Shown in pieces: positions 1-11,205 of a DNA stretch of 64,000 nucleotides. This stretch comes from Octopus bimaculoides (Eukaryota). The DNA lies in NCBI RefSeq assembly GCF_001194135.2, contig NC_068994.1:29476731-29540730 (forward strand), given 5' to 3'. Below the pieces are notes generated by a model that saw only the letters and a program-made list of their open reading frames with translations, had not been told where the DNA came from and made no database searches. The position numbers were made by a program, and so were the translations under genes. Numbering within the stretch: the stretch's first letter is position 1; each line of letters starts with the position of its first letter.

Positions 1-215
1 TTTCGAGCGTGGCCGTTTTCGTGCGGGTGACACGTAAAAGCACCCACTACACTCTCTGAGTGGTTGGCGTTAGGAAGGGCATCCAGCTGTAGAAACTCTG
101 CCAAATCAGACTGGAGCCTGGTGTTGCCATCCGGTTTCACCAGTCCTCAGTCAAATCGTCCAACCCATGCTAGCATGGAAAGCGGACGTTAAACGATGAT
201 GATGATGATGATGAT
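1..215 (+). mobile_element. 3' end of RTE-clade LINE with (GAT)n tail, 5' side cut by window edge
   Basis: Near-identical to the 3' UTR terminus of the RTE copy at 45352-48088 (ttaggaagggcatccagctgtagaaactctgcc...ggacgttaaacgatgatgat). Confidence 0.75.
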
Positions 216-219
216 AAAC

Positions 220-370
220 AGGCTTCTTTCAGATTTTTCAGTTTCTATCTACCAAATCTGGTCACAAGGCTTTGTTCAGCCTGAGTTACTCGTCCAAGGT
301 GCCACACAGTAGGACTGAACCTGGAACCATATGGTTGGGAAGCAAACTGTTTATCACACAGCCACACTTG
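220..370 (-). mobile_element. tRNA-headed SINE family 1, 5' half
   Basis: Reverse complement matches SINE head (tgtgtg...aagtttgcttcccaaccatatggttccaggttcagtcctactgtgtggcaccttgg) seen at 38210, 38780 and 56835. Confidence 0.6.
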
Positions 371-484
371 CATACAACAAGCTTCTTTCACCTTCCATCT
401 ACCAAATCTACTCTCAAGGTGTTGGTTGAACAAGAGCTATTGTAAAAGACACTTGTCCACAGACCCACATGGTTTGCAATATTA

Positions 485-1200
485 TTATCATCATCAGTAT
501 TAATGTCCATGTTCCATGCTGGCATAAACTGGATAGTTTGACAAGGATCCAAGGGTTTGACTTCATCATGCTCCAGTGTTTGCTCTGGCATGATTTTTAT
601 GGCTGGATGTCCTTCCTAATGACATCCACTTGACAGTGTGTACTGGGTGCTTTTTTCATGCCACTGGTACTGTTGTGGTTACCAGTTCACAAGTCAACAA
701 GCCCAAGGGAAGGAGGATGCTGCATCTGTATGTTAGATGGAAATTAAGAGATGAAGGAAGAGGTTAGAGCAGAACAGGTTCTCATTGTACAAGTGCTACA
801 TGGTTACTCACCTTTAGGAAAGAGAGTGAGAATGAATTAGAAGTAACTCCAAGGAGCTAGTCAGTAGCGGTCACATATCCAGGAGGCACTTTCAGGTAGG
901 TGCAGTAGAGGGTAGAGAGAGTGGGGGGGGGGGTTGCTAGAGTGTATGGGGGAAGTAGGAAGAGATAGGCAACATCTGTAAAGATTGAAGAGTTGAAGGG
1001 AGAGGGTGCATGAGTTGTGGAAGCTACAGGAATGCTAGGGAGAAGAGAGACATGTTCGAGTAGGCAGCAGAAGCAGAGTAGAAAGATAAAATAGGTGTAA
1101 TGCAAGAGAAATAATTTGGTAATCCAGAGAGGGGAGATGGCTACTGTAACAAGTGGGCATAGAACAATATTAATGGATGAAAAGTAACTATGGGTATACC
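485..1200 (-). mobile_element. Decayed RTE 3' UTR (CT-rich family)
   Basis: catcatca tail remnant, ggctggatgtccttcctaatg motif and a purine-rich tract complementary to the CT-rich UTR at 14700-15250. Confidence 0.45.
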
Positions 1201-1305
1201 AGCAGGTTAGTAGATCCTCATTAAAGTACAACAGGGGTGAATTCTTTCTAGTAATTCACTGTCCAGTATAGCTAGGATAACTAGGGAGTTGTAGCTTTAT
1301 ATGAT

Positions 1306-1505
1306 TTAACCCTTTAACATTTAAACTCCTGTTTTATGTACAAACAGGCAGATGAGGTTTCTCACACCTAACCTACAATAACATTCTAAAAAAATTAACA
1401 ATCAACATCATCAAAATATCATAGCTACAGAATAATGCAGGATTAATTCAAAATAATGTGAATAAGCATTACTTTTGACAGAATAATGTGAATGCTAAGG
1501 GAAGG
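1306..1505 (+). mobile_element. TTAA-type (piggyBac-like) MITE; half copies at ~1520-1640 and ~1965-2072 (minus)
   Basis: Starts ttaaccctttaacatttaaa, ends gaatgctaaggg; same family as the full copy at 22319-22539. Confidence 0.55.
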
Positions 1506-2463
1506 TAATAGGTTCTCAGATTGTTTATTTATATAATATCATTGTAAGGTGGGTGTGAGAGGTTGGATCTAGTCAATTTGAACATAAAACCAGTAGAATA
1601 TTTGGGGCTGATATGGCCATATTAAATGCTAGAGAGTTAATATTTACCTTTCATATTGAAGTCATGGCACATGTAGAATAACAAGTAATGGCAATTTTAC
1701 ACCAGCAACAGATAAAGAAAAGCAAAAGTGTGTGGTAATGCAACCACCGTCCAAGTAAGGACTGTAATCCAGTAAAAGATAGAAAATACAAAACATCCAC
1801 CTATCTGCAGGATTCTACCTTATCACCAGAGTTAATTGGACTTTGTGGGAGCAATTACAAAACTGGTAAAATTTCAGCAAACAATTTGGAGCAACAGAAA
1901 GATTTAATCCTTTAACATACAAATTACTCAGTCAAATATGTTATGATGTGATAGTTTATGTTTAGATAGATATTGTAGGATAGGTGTGAAAAGCTGGACC
2001 TTGGTGGTTTGATCATAAAACAAGTAGAATATTTGAGCCAGATATGGCTGGTTGAAATGTTAAAGGGTTAAGACTTAAACTCTGTTTTTAAAACTTCATT
2101 GAACTATCAACATTATTATAAAGGTACAGAATATGTATTCTCAGTCTGTAGAAATAGAAACCAAATCACAACTTGACATCTTAAATGACGAGTTCATCAG
2201 ACAATTGAGTCCTTGATAGACAAAAAGATGAGATGCACAAAATTTGGATCTAAACAACAGACTAAGGTGTACAGGGGATTCAAGAGATAATGTGACAAAG
2301 GCAAGAAACGAAGACCTTCAATAGTTTGTTGACAAACTCGTAATACAGTACTGATACGTACAACTGGTCAGGCAATGAAAGAATATAACCACTGTCCTAA
2401 AAGCTAAGTTACTGGGATGTTGACTACTTCAAGTGTATCAACAAAATCATAAAAGATAATTTT

Positions 2464-2746
2464 GAGTGGTTCTCAACCAGGGTCCATGTAACAAAACAGT
2501 AAATTAGGGATTCACAATAGTATATTAAGGGCCCTTGACAAAAAATTTGCTTCAGATGTATTACAAGAAACAGCTAGGTTTCTTTCTCTAGCATTTTACA
2601 TAGTTCAACCTACACATGTTAATGTGTGAAAAACAAAATAGGAGTTTTGAAAGAAGTTTCTTTAAACATCGAATGGTTATGGGGCTTCACCAGAATAAAA
2701 TAGTAATCAAAGGGATCCATAGATAAAAAATGGTTGAGAACCCCTG
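2464..2746. mobile_element. hAT-like MITE
   Basis: Terminal inverted repeats gagtggttctcaacc / ggttgagaacccctg; no clean TSD seen. Confidence 0.55.
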
Positions 2747-3319
2747 GTCTAGAAGATATCATTCAACAATATATAACATATTTAAATAAGATTTTTAATA
2801 TAAAATGTATAAGATTTTAATTTACAGATAAAATGTTAGAATTTCAGCCACGTTTTACATGAATTTCTCAGTTCTTTTCAAGTCTATTTACAAGAGATAT
2901 GTAATAGATCAATCAACACAATGATATTTGCTTGTTTTAACATGGGGTTTTGAAAGAATAATTTTCTGCAAATTTCGCATCTTTCAGGATTTTTACCTTT
3001 GTGTTTTTCCAGTTATGATTAATTTTAAAAAATATTTAATGACAACTTTTCCAGAATTGTTTTTGTGGATTTCACGATTAGAAACCCAGAGAATTATTTT
3101 TCAAGATTTCACACTAATATTTTCCTCCAGTCAATTTTCAGTTGTGGGTTACATGGGCAGACTTATTTCATGCGTGTGCTCATTTATTAACCACATGTTT
3201 ATAATTCACAAAAAGATTTCAAAACAGTTTCAGTGAAAGTGGGGGTACATTTGTAGACGACGCGACGAGAATTTCCAACATATTTCATCGAAATAAATGT
3301 CTCTTTGGAGGAGCCTTTC

Positions 3320-4516
3320 TCACGTTTCACTGTTAAAAGTCTTCCCTCCAGCATGTATTCGTTCATGTCTGTTTAAATGACTACTATTGACAAAAGACTT
3401 ACCACATGTTTCACACCGAAAAGGTTTCTCTCCCGTGTGTCTACGTTTATGAACTAAAAGACTAGAACTAACAGAAAATGATTTATCGCATATTTCACAA
3501 TAATAAGGTTTTTCTCCAGTGTGTACTCGTTCGTGAGTTTTTAAATCACTGTTATTTACAAATGATTTTGTACATATTTCACAGCTATAGGGTTTCTCTC
3601 CAGTATGTCTACGTTTGTGACTAATAAGATCAGAGTTCCGAGAGAAGGATTTACCACACATCTCACAAAGATAAGACTTCTCTCCAGTATGTAATTGCTT
3701 GTGGACTATAAGCGAAGACTTCACAGAAAATGATTTCTCACAGATATCACAGTGATAAGGTTTTTCCCCAGTGTGTCTACGTTTGTGGATTGTAAGTTTA
3801 CAATTTTCAATAAAATACTTCCCACATATTTCACAGTGAAACAGTTTTTCTCCAGTGTGTATTCTTTTATGTGTTGTTAAATTACTGTTATCAACAAAAG
3901 ATTTTCCGCATATATCACAATGGTAAGGTTTTTCTCCAGTATGTATTCTTCTGTGTCTTGTTAAATTACTGCTATAGACAAAAGCCTTTCCGCATATTTC
4001 ACAGTGGTAAGGTTTTTCTCCAGTGTGTATCCTTTTGTGTCTCGTTAAATTACTACTATGAACAAAAGATATTCCACATATTTCACAGGGGTAGGGTTTT
4101 CCTCCAGTCTGTATGGTTTTGTGTGGTTTTTCTTCCGTGTGATTACGTATGTGAATAACAAGACTCGAATTTTTAATGAATGATTTCCCACATATCTGAC
4201 ACTGAAACGGGTTTTCTTCAGTATGTATTTTTGTGTGTCTAGCGAAATTACTCTTCAAAACAAAAGACTTTCCACATATATCACAGCGGAAGGGTTTTTC
4301 CTTGTGGTGTACTTTTCTGTGCGTAATGACTTCGTATTTTGACGAAAACGTTTTCTTACATATCTCACAGCGATATTCAGCAATCTTCCTATGTACTGAC
4401 GTTTGTTTAGTAAACGTTTCACTACATAATTCTTCGTCATTATATGTCTGCGTATCGGTGTCTATATTGTTAAAAACGGGTTTAGTAGAAGAGTCCAAGT
4501 GATTAACGCCCTCCAT
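3320..4516 (-). CDS. C2H2 zinc-finger array protein, 398 aa, 12 fingers, single coding exon
   Basis: Uninterrupted ORF with 12 CxxC...HxxxH motifs and TGEKPY-type linkers; 48-aa leader homologous to that of 22532-23863. Confidence 0.92.
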   Translation of the reverse strand: MEGVNHLDSSTKPVFNNIDTDTQTYNDEELCSETFTKQTSVHRKIAEYRCEICKKTFSSKYEVITHRKVHHKEKPFRCDICGKSFVLKSNFARHTKIHTEENPFQCQICGKSFIKNSSLVIHIRNHTEEKPHKTIQTGGKPYPCEICGISFVHSSNLTRHKRIHTGEKPYHCEICGKAFVYSSNLTRHRRIHTGEKPYHCDICGKSFVDNSNLTTHKRIHTGEKLFHCEICGKYFIENCKLTIHKRRHTGEKPYHCDICEKSFSVKSSLIVHKQLHTGEKSYLCEMCGKSFSRNSDLISHKRRHTGEKPYSCEICTKSFVNNSDLKTHERVHTGEKPYYCEICDKSFSVSSSLLVHKRRHTGEKPFRCETCGKSFVNSSHLNRHERIHAGGKTFNSET

Positions 4517-4534
4517 ATTTATTCACGGAGAATT

Positions 4535-4650
4535 CTTAAAAACTAAAAAAAGCTGTCTGCGAATATATTACCATTAATCTTATATCTTCGATATCATGGG
4601 ACTGTTTACATGTGTGGAAAACAAGTAAAGTAGATATATTTTCTACTTAC
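4535..4650 (-). other. Predicted 5' UTR intron of the 12-finger gene (116 nt)
   Basis: GTAAGTAGAAAA donor at 4650 and ttttagtttttaAG acceptor 18 nt before the ATG; same donor and acceptor positions in the paralog. Confidence 0.6.
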
Positions 4651-5089
4651 CACAAGATCGCTTGTTGTTGTCTGGGTCTTCTAGTGACTCAGATATTCAA
4701 AAACAATTCTATTTCTAGGTAACGAAGTAGAGATACGATTAATGGATGTTATATATAAAACCTATAAACTGTCCATAAAATAACTCATGATAAACGTTTT
4801 GATGAAATCGGTGTTTTAGTGAGAGAGGTAGTAAGGGGCCTCTCAGGAGAAGTGTTAAGAAAAGATATGTGGGGTGTGATACAGATGTTGGAGAAACAAA
4901 ATGTGTATGCATCTATCTATATATAAGCTCGGTACTTATATATACGGGTGTGTTTGAATGAATATATGTCAGCGTGTTGTCTTAATTAATCAAGATTTTT
5001 TTTCCCACGGAGAACAATGATCAAAATGTTCACAATACAAATAACACTTCCGTTTAGAAGACCAGTTCGTAAGTCAATAAGGGTCAGAA

Positions 5090-5155
5090 ACGCTAATCGC
5101 TGATTGGTTGGTAATTAAAACCCATTTCCCGAATGCTGATCTCTCATTGGTTGAT
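5090..5155 (-). promoter_or_regulatory. Candidate promoter block with CCAAT boxes
   Basis: Two ATTGG motifs; cgctaatcgctgattggttggtaattaaaac aligns with cgttaactgcttattggtgtataattaaaatc at ~24349-24380 upstream of the paralog. Confidence 0.4.
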
Positions 5156-5885
5156 TTTTAAAAATCCCACTTATCACATTCTGTAAAATTGAGAATCGAT
5201 CAATTTACAGTAAATTGTCATGACATGAAATATCTAATTATGCAAGATGATGGAAAACCGACCCTGAAATATACAGATAACCCTATGTTATGCACATATC
5301 TTAGACAGTTACAGTAGCTTGAGATAATCGATACATAATATAGCTGAAGTTATTAAGTCAGCGGTGTTGTTGATAACTTTTCCCTGTCTGAATAACGCCG
5401 GTGACGTGTTATAAGGTCCCTATTACAATTTAATACATTCAGAAACTATTTCATTTTCCACCTTCAGTTTTTATATTCAGCCAAAACTAAATATATGTTT
5501 ATACGCTCTATCAACGAGAGGACTCTGTGCAAGATCAATAGACGTATTGGAAAAATAAATCAAGAGAATGGTCACACATTGATCTGTTCGTCTTAGCTGA
5601 CCTGGTTAATACAGTAAAACCGTCTTTACTTATTTGGTTAAGAACCCCTGGTTGAGACGAACAAATCAGCCCTAGTACTTATTTCGAAGTTTGGTGCTAT
5701 AGAATTAAGTTTCATTTGCCGAACCGCCAAATTGCAGGGACATAAACAAACAGCACCGGTCATCAAGCGGCGTGAACGTCAATCACAAAGATGCATACAC
5801 ACATACATACATACACACGACGAGCTTCCACACAGTTTCCGTTTAGCAAATTTACTCACAAGGTATCGTTCGGCCCGGGGCTATA

Positions 5886-7133
5886 CGAGGAGGTGCCCAA
5901 AAGAAACCAGGGTAATTGTTCAGTTTAGGGATATTAAAAAAGTAAATAAAAAATTAAGTGGGAGATAATTAATAAAGCGACAAATAAGGATATTATTTAC
6001 TTTGGAACTGATCAGAATGGCACGTGGAAGACCAGCGTACTGCAATTCATTGTTCCTGAAATTCAAATCGTCAACCGTGAATCAATCTTGGAATATCACC
6101 CAATGAACCGAATCACGAGAAAAAATTCTTCAGTGGTTGGCACGGCGTCAACTAATTATGAATTTATACACGGGCGAAAATTGTAATTTGCCATGTTACC
6201 TTACTACAGTATTTGTTGTTTAACAGTAAGTTGACTTACTAGTTATCTCCCCCTTAATTTTTATTTACTTTTTTAATATTCCTAAACTGAACAATTACCA
6301 AAACCAAAATTTAGCAATATTATTTTATTCACTTAGTTTTACATGTTTACACTTTTATTGCCTTCAAAGTATTCTCCATTTAAAGCAATACATTGGTCCA
6401 GATGGGTTCTCCACTGTTTGAAGCAGTCCTGGAACTCTTGTGAAGTGATACCTTTTAATGCCTCCGTCGTTTTTTCCTCACCTTTTCCACATCTGCAAAT
6501 TCTGTAGCACCAACTTTCATCACCAGTGATGACTTTCGAAAAAAAGTCTGGATCAACTTCCAACTGTTCTTTTAGTTCATGACTTGCATTCAGTCGTGAC
6601 TGCTTTTGATCTTCAGTAAGCAAGAGAGACACAAATTTTGCTGCAATTCCTCACTCAAAATTCGTTGGCAGCAGCTCCAAGACACCCCAATCATATCAAC
6701 AAGTCCGTCAATTGTTCAGTGACAGTCTTTCAAGATCACTTCAAGAATTTTCATGATGTTCTCATTCATCTAGGAGGTTGACGGTCGTCCTGAACAAGGC
6801 TGGTCTTCAAGCGACCAGTGACCATTCCTGGTAAACTTGTGTTTTGCTTGTAGCAGCATCCTTGTAAGCTGTTTGAAGCATGACAACTGTTTCAGCTGCC
6901 ATTTTCCCCTACAGAAAACAGAATTTCACAGGAGCACACTGTTCCTTCATTTCAACCATTGCCAAAATCTATGAACAGAGAAGAAGCATGTGGCAGTACA
7001 ACCTCACTTGACGACACTGGTTAGCAGACTGATGACAGAGGCTTGAATCAAGTGGCTTCTAGTGGCAGAACCCCAAACTACAATGGGCTTGTCCCACAGA
7101 GAACATTTCTGGCTACTTTTGGGTACCTCATCT
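5886..7133 (-). mobile_element. Internally deleted mariner transposon
   Basis: 25-bp TIRs (cgaggaggtgcccaaaagaaaccag / ctggctacttttgggtacctcatct), TA flanks, transposase remnant KVITGDESWCY and FQDCFKQWRTHLDQCIALNGEYFEG. Confidence 0.8.
5911..6299. mobile_element. MITE with ~60-bp TIRs starting GGTAA (Merlin-like), nested in the mariner TIR
   Basis: ggtaattgttcagtttagggatattaaaaaagtaaataaaaaattaag inverted at 6250-6299; imperfect 8-bp flanks gaaaccag/aaaaccaa. Confidence 0.7.
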
Positions 7134-7561
7134 TAGTACGAGACACTTTCCCAAGAAAGTGGAACTTGAAACTACATGCTTGCAAAGAGAGCCTTTTAAC
7201 CACATTGCCATGCCTACAACATTGTATATAATAAATATGCATGTCTGTGACTTTATGTGTATATCTGGATTATGACTTATGTGGTAGCATTTACCACACT
7301 TTCAGTAAATGTTTTAATTGTCTATGTCATCGCAAACAAGCATACACTACCCTCTTGATCCTTCCATCCTTTATAACCAGTGGGAAATCCTTTCAACTTA
7401 CTCTGAAATGAGACACCAAAATGAAGCTGTGTTGAATGCCATGGGTGGCAGTCACAAACAATTGTCATGAAAACTGAAATGCACATGCATGTCATGGAGG
7501 TTATGAGTATAAAAATCAACTTGAACTGCGTTCCTAGCATTCATAACTTGGATGCATCAGG

Positions 7562-8560
7562 TATGACCCGATTGTCAGCAGCTCAGAGAGAACAAGCTAC
7601 TGGCCAATTGCAAGCAAGGCAACATACCCTGGTTGTTGCGAAAGCTTACAATGTCCATGTCAGCACCATCTATTGCCTGCGACAGTGATACAACACCGAC
7701 AGCACTGCAGACCATGCCCACAAAGGCTGCCCCCAGATGATCATGCCCAGGCAGGATTGCTTCATCCACCTGCAACACCTCCATGATTGCTTCAGACTGG
7801 CCAGCATAATAGCTCGCAAGACTATTGGCACTGGACAGTGACTATCAGGTATGATGTCAACTGTCTCCCAACAACCTGCGTTGCTGTCGTCCTGCTCAAG
7901 GGCCTGTCCTCACCACCTGCCATCATCATGTATGACTACAGTGGGTTACACAGCACAGACATTAGTGGTATCGACGAATGTGGTCGATAGTCTTCTCTGA
8001 TGAGAGCCAGTACTGTGTTTCCACCTCAGATGGCAGAGTGAGGGTGTGGCGTAGGAGGGGTGAACACTACAGAGATGCATCTGTCATGGAGAGAGATGCG
8101 TTGGGTGGCCAAAGCATCAAGGTTTGGGGTGCTATAGGCCTGAATCAGAGAATTGGGCCCCATGTGTTCCAAAATGTTGGTGCATACAGAGAGAATGGCT
8201 ATCTTGACTAGATCCTAAGACCTCACATCGTGCCCCTCTTTGCACGTCACGATAGCCATATGTTCCAGCAGTCCAATGCTCCCTCCCACATGGCCAGGAT
8301 CACCATGGACTTCCTGTGTCAGCACAACATCAGAACCAGAACCATGCCGTGGCTAGCTCTCAGCCAGGATTTGAACCCAATTGAACACCTGTGGGATGAA
8401 ATCTCCAGAGATGGCTGAACCAGGTGGACCCAGGCTGACAACTCATATGGAACTGGAGGCAGCTTTCCTCAGGGTGTGGACACAGGTGCCAATGGCTTTT
8501 GTGAATCACCTCATGCACTCCAATGGTGTACGGCTGTTTTGAACACCCAGGGAAGACACA
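7562..8560 (+). mobile_element. Tc1-family transposase pseudogene
   Basis: Frameshifted pieces: HTH (VAKAYNVHVSTIY), VFSDES, VWGAIG, FQQSNAPSH, SQDLNPIEHLW. Confidence 0.85.
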
Positions 8561-10430
8561 ATATTGAACATATCACACCTTACAATCTCGATATGCTGGA
8601 TCCACCCTCAACCAGAACACATGACAACAACCCATAGACTGTGGTCAAAGTGCATCCAAGAAGTTGACTTTATCAGATTTATCAAGATGTATCTCTGACA
8701 TAATGAAAATAAAACATATTTCACAGTCACACACGTCTCGCATTTCTTTTGTGGTTCAGTGTATTTACCTATAACACTTTCTTGTTTACATGCAATCCTG
8801 TCAAAATAGAGGAAGTCATTAAGGACGATTAGCAAGCTTTACTGAGTCTGTGTGAATATAGTTATTTATTCATGTGTTGCCTGCACTATCAGACAAATGT
8901 ATTGCTACTGGCAGTTATGTAATTAAGTGTTTTCCAATTCAACATAAACACTATTCATTGATGTTGAACTTAGAATAATTGAATATTGAGTGAGCAGAAA
9001 CCAATTGCTGCTCAAGAATGTAAACATTGGCTTGAGACATTTGAAAATTGCCTTATTTCAAGATAATTTGAACAAATAAGGTTTTTTGTTTTTCATAAAC
9101 ATTGATCCAAGTGATACAAAAATGTCTCAATATTTTTATTTATAAAATGCTATTAGTGTTTTTCCAGATAATATCTAAAACCTATCAATGGAGGTTTTAC
9201 ACGTCATCACCTTACACCTCAGTGATGACCTATCAAAAAGTTTTTAGAAGACTATCTGCAAACCCTATGAAGCTAAAAATTGTAACTTTTAATCAATGAA
9301 TGCAGCTCAACACTATGAAGAATCAATCTGCAATGCATTTATCAATTGCTTTGAGTTGTTAATTTAGCAGTGTTTATTGAAAAAAGATATTTAGATTTAT
9401 CGATCATATTTGATCAAACAAAAGCTCTTCATTCAGCTCAAGGAAGTACGTGGTTTACTCAGTTGATACTTGTGACCTAACAATATTTCACGAAATCAGT
9501 GTAGACTTCATTCCAGTGATAGCAGCAGTTAGTACTAAATATTTTTCTGTATGGTTTCAAAGTATCCATGGACTAAGTGCATGTTAAGCTGTATCATAAG
9601 GGTCATCTTGATGATGTGTGTTGCACTGCTTTGTCGTCCGCTGTCTCTGCTACCACTATTTTTACTAGTCAATCAATGTTGGTAACATCCACAGTCGCTA
9701 CTGCAAGAGTGAAGCTAGTCATTGAGGGACATAAAGTAAATGGCCTGATAGAGAGTGATTGTTTTGAAAACTGTATCTGTCCTAATTTAGTCAAACTCCA
9801 CTCAAAACGTGTTTAGCACAAGAGCAGTTCTGTTTACATAGTTATTACTCCACTCTCTACACAAACATTGGACTCTTGGAAGGTGTACCTTTAAAGTGAT
9901 CAGTCGAAACCCCCAACACTTTAAACAGGTTCTTGACACATATCCTTTACTTCATAGTCACAACAACAAACAAGCTGGTTCAGTTCGAGGTATTCAGTTC
10001 AATTCACTTTAATAATAACTACCAGCATGTTCTAATAAGAAATGAAGAAAAAGAATTTAAAAACATTTGCAACTCAAGGAAACTTCTAATAATTTATTCA
10101 AGTTGTCTGGTTTCCAGAGCATTGTGAATTTAATTATCAAAGAAAACAAACTAATTAGAACTTTTGCGCACTTGGGACACCATTGCCATTTGGGATCTTT
10201 TTTAAAACGGGGGCCACATTTTTCATTAATGAAACACTTTGAAACTTGGAACACTGGTAGAATGTGTCATATAAAACATCTTTTTCTCTTAGTCTTCTTA
10301 AAAAAAAAAGAAATCCATAAGTTATTCCATGTTAAAGTTGTCGTATTTCTGTAATTTCAACCAATCACTGACATCCATTCAGCCGATATACATTAAGTGC
10401 CGACTACATAAACAAACGATTCTGAAACAA

Positions 10431-10470
10431 TTAACCCTAACCCTAACCCTAACGTTAGGGTTAGGGTTAA
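10431..10470. repeat. Interstitial telomere-like palindrome (AACCCT)3-AACGTT-(AGGGTT)2
   Basis: Perfect 32-bp palindrome at 10438-10469 built from CCCTAA/TTAGGG units. Confidence 0.9.
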
Positions 10471-10511
10471 AGCAAATTTAAAATGAAAAAAGCAAATAAA
10501 ACGAAGGTATG

Positions 10512-11205
10512 NNNNNNNNNNNNNNNNNNNNNNNNNNNNNNNNNNNNNNNNNNNNNNNNNNNNNNNNNNNNNNNNNNNNNNNNNNNNNNNNNNNNNNNNN
10601 NNNNNNNNNNNNNNNNNNNNNNNNNNNNNNNNNNNNNNNNNNNNNNNNNNNNNNNNNNNNNNNNNNNNNNNNNNNNNNNNNNNNNNNNNNNNNNNNNNNN
10701 NNNNNNNNNNNNNNNNNNNNNNNNNNNNNNNNNNNNNNNNNNNNNNNNNNNNNNNNNNNNNNNNNNNNNNNNNNNNNNNNNNNNNNNNNNNNNNNNNNNN
10801 NNNNNNNNNNNNNNNNNNNNNNNNNNNNNNNNNNNNNNNNNNNNNNNNNNNNNNNNNNNNNNNNNNNNNNNNNNNNNNNNNNNNNNNNNNNNNNNNNNNN
10901 NNNNNNNNNNNNNNNNNNNNNNNNNNNNNNNNNNNNNNNNNNNNNNNNNNNNNNNNNNNNNNNNNNNNNNNNNNNNNNNNNNNNNNNNNNNNNNNNNNNN
11001 NNNNNNNNNNNNNNNNNNNNNNNNNNNNNNNNNNNNNNNNNNNNNNNNNNNNNNNNNNNNNNNNNNNNNNNNNNNNNNNNNNNNNNNNNNNNNNNNNNNN
11101 NNNNNNNNNNNNNNNNNNNNNNNNNNNNNNNNNNNNNNNNNNNNNNNNNNNNNNNNNNNNNNNNNNNNNNNNNNNNNNNNNNNNNNNNNNNNNNNNNNNN
11201 NNNNA
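10512..11205. other. Assembly gap; other gaps at 32672-32681, 44271-44473, 45704-46263, 52413-53340
   Basis: Runs of N; ORFs spanning them are artefacts. Confidence 0.99.

Larger units (their letters stand above)
5620..7215 (-). mobile_element. SINE family 1 split by a mariner insertion (pieces ~5620-5885 and 7134-7215)
   Basis: ggcccggggcta-TA...TA-gtacgagacactttcccaag rejoins into the SINE consensus ggcccgaggctatagtagaagacacttgcccaag. Confidence 0.65.

Noticed and set aside
3871-4502. Plus-strand ORFs over ZNF genes (also 23210-23422, 39514-41429, 60427-60863)
   Set aside because: Antisense shadows of repetitive coding sequence with no independent protein features.
10431-10470. Ancient telomere-telomere fusion site
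   Set aside because: Orientation is CCCTAA then TTAGGG, opposite to a fusion scar, and there are only 5-6 units.
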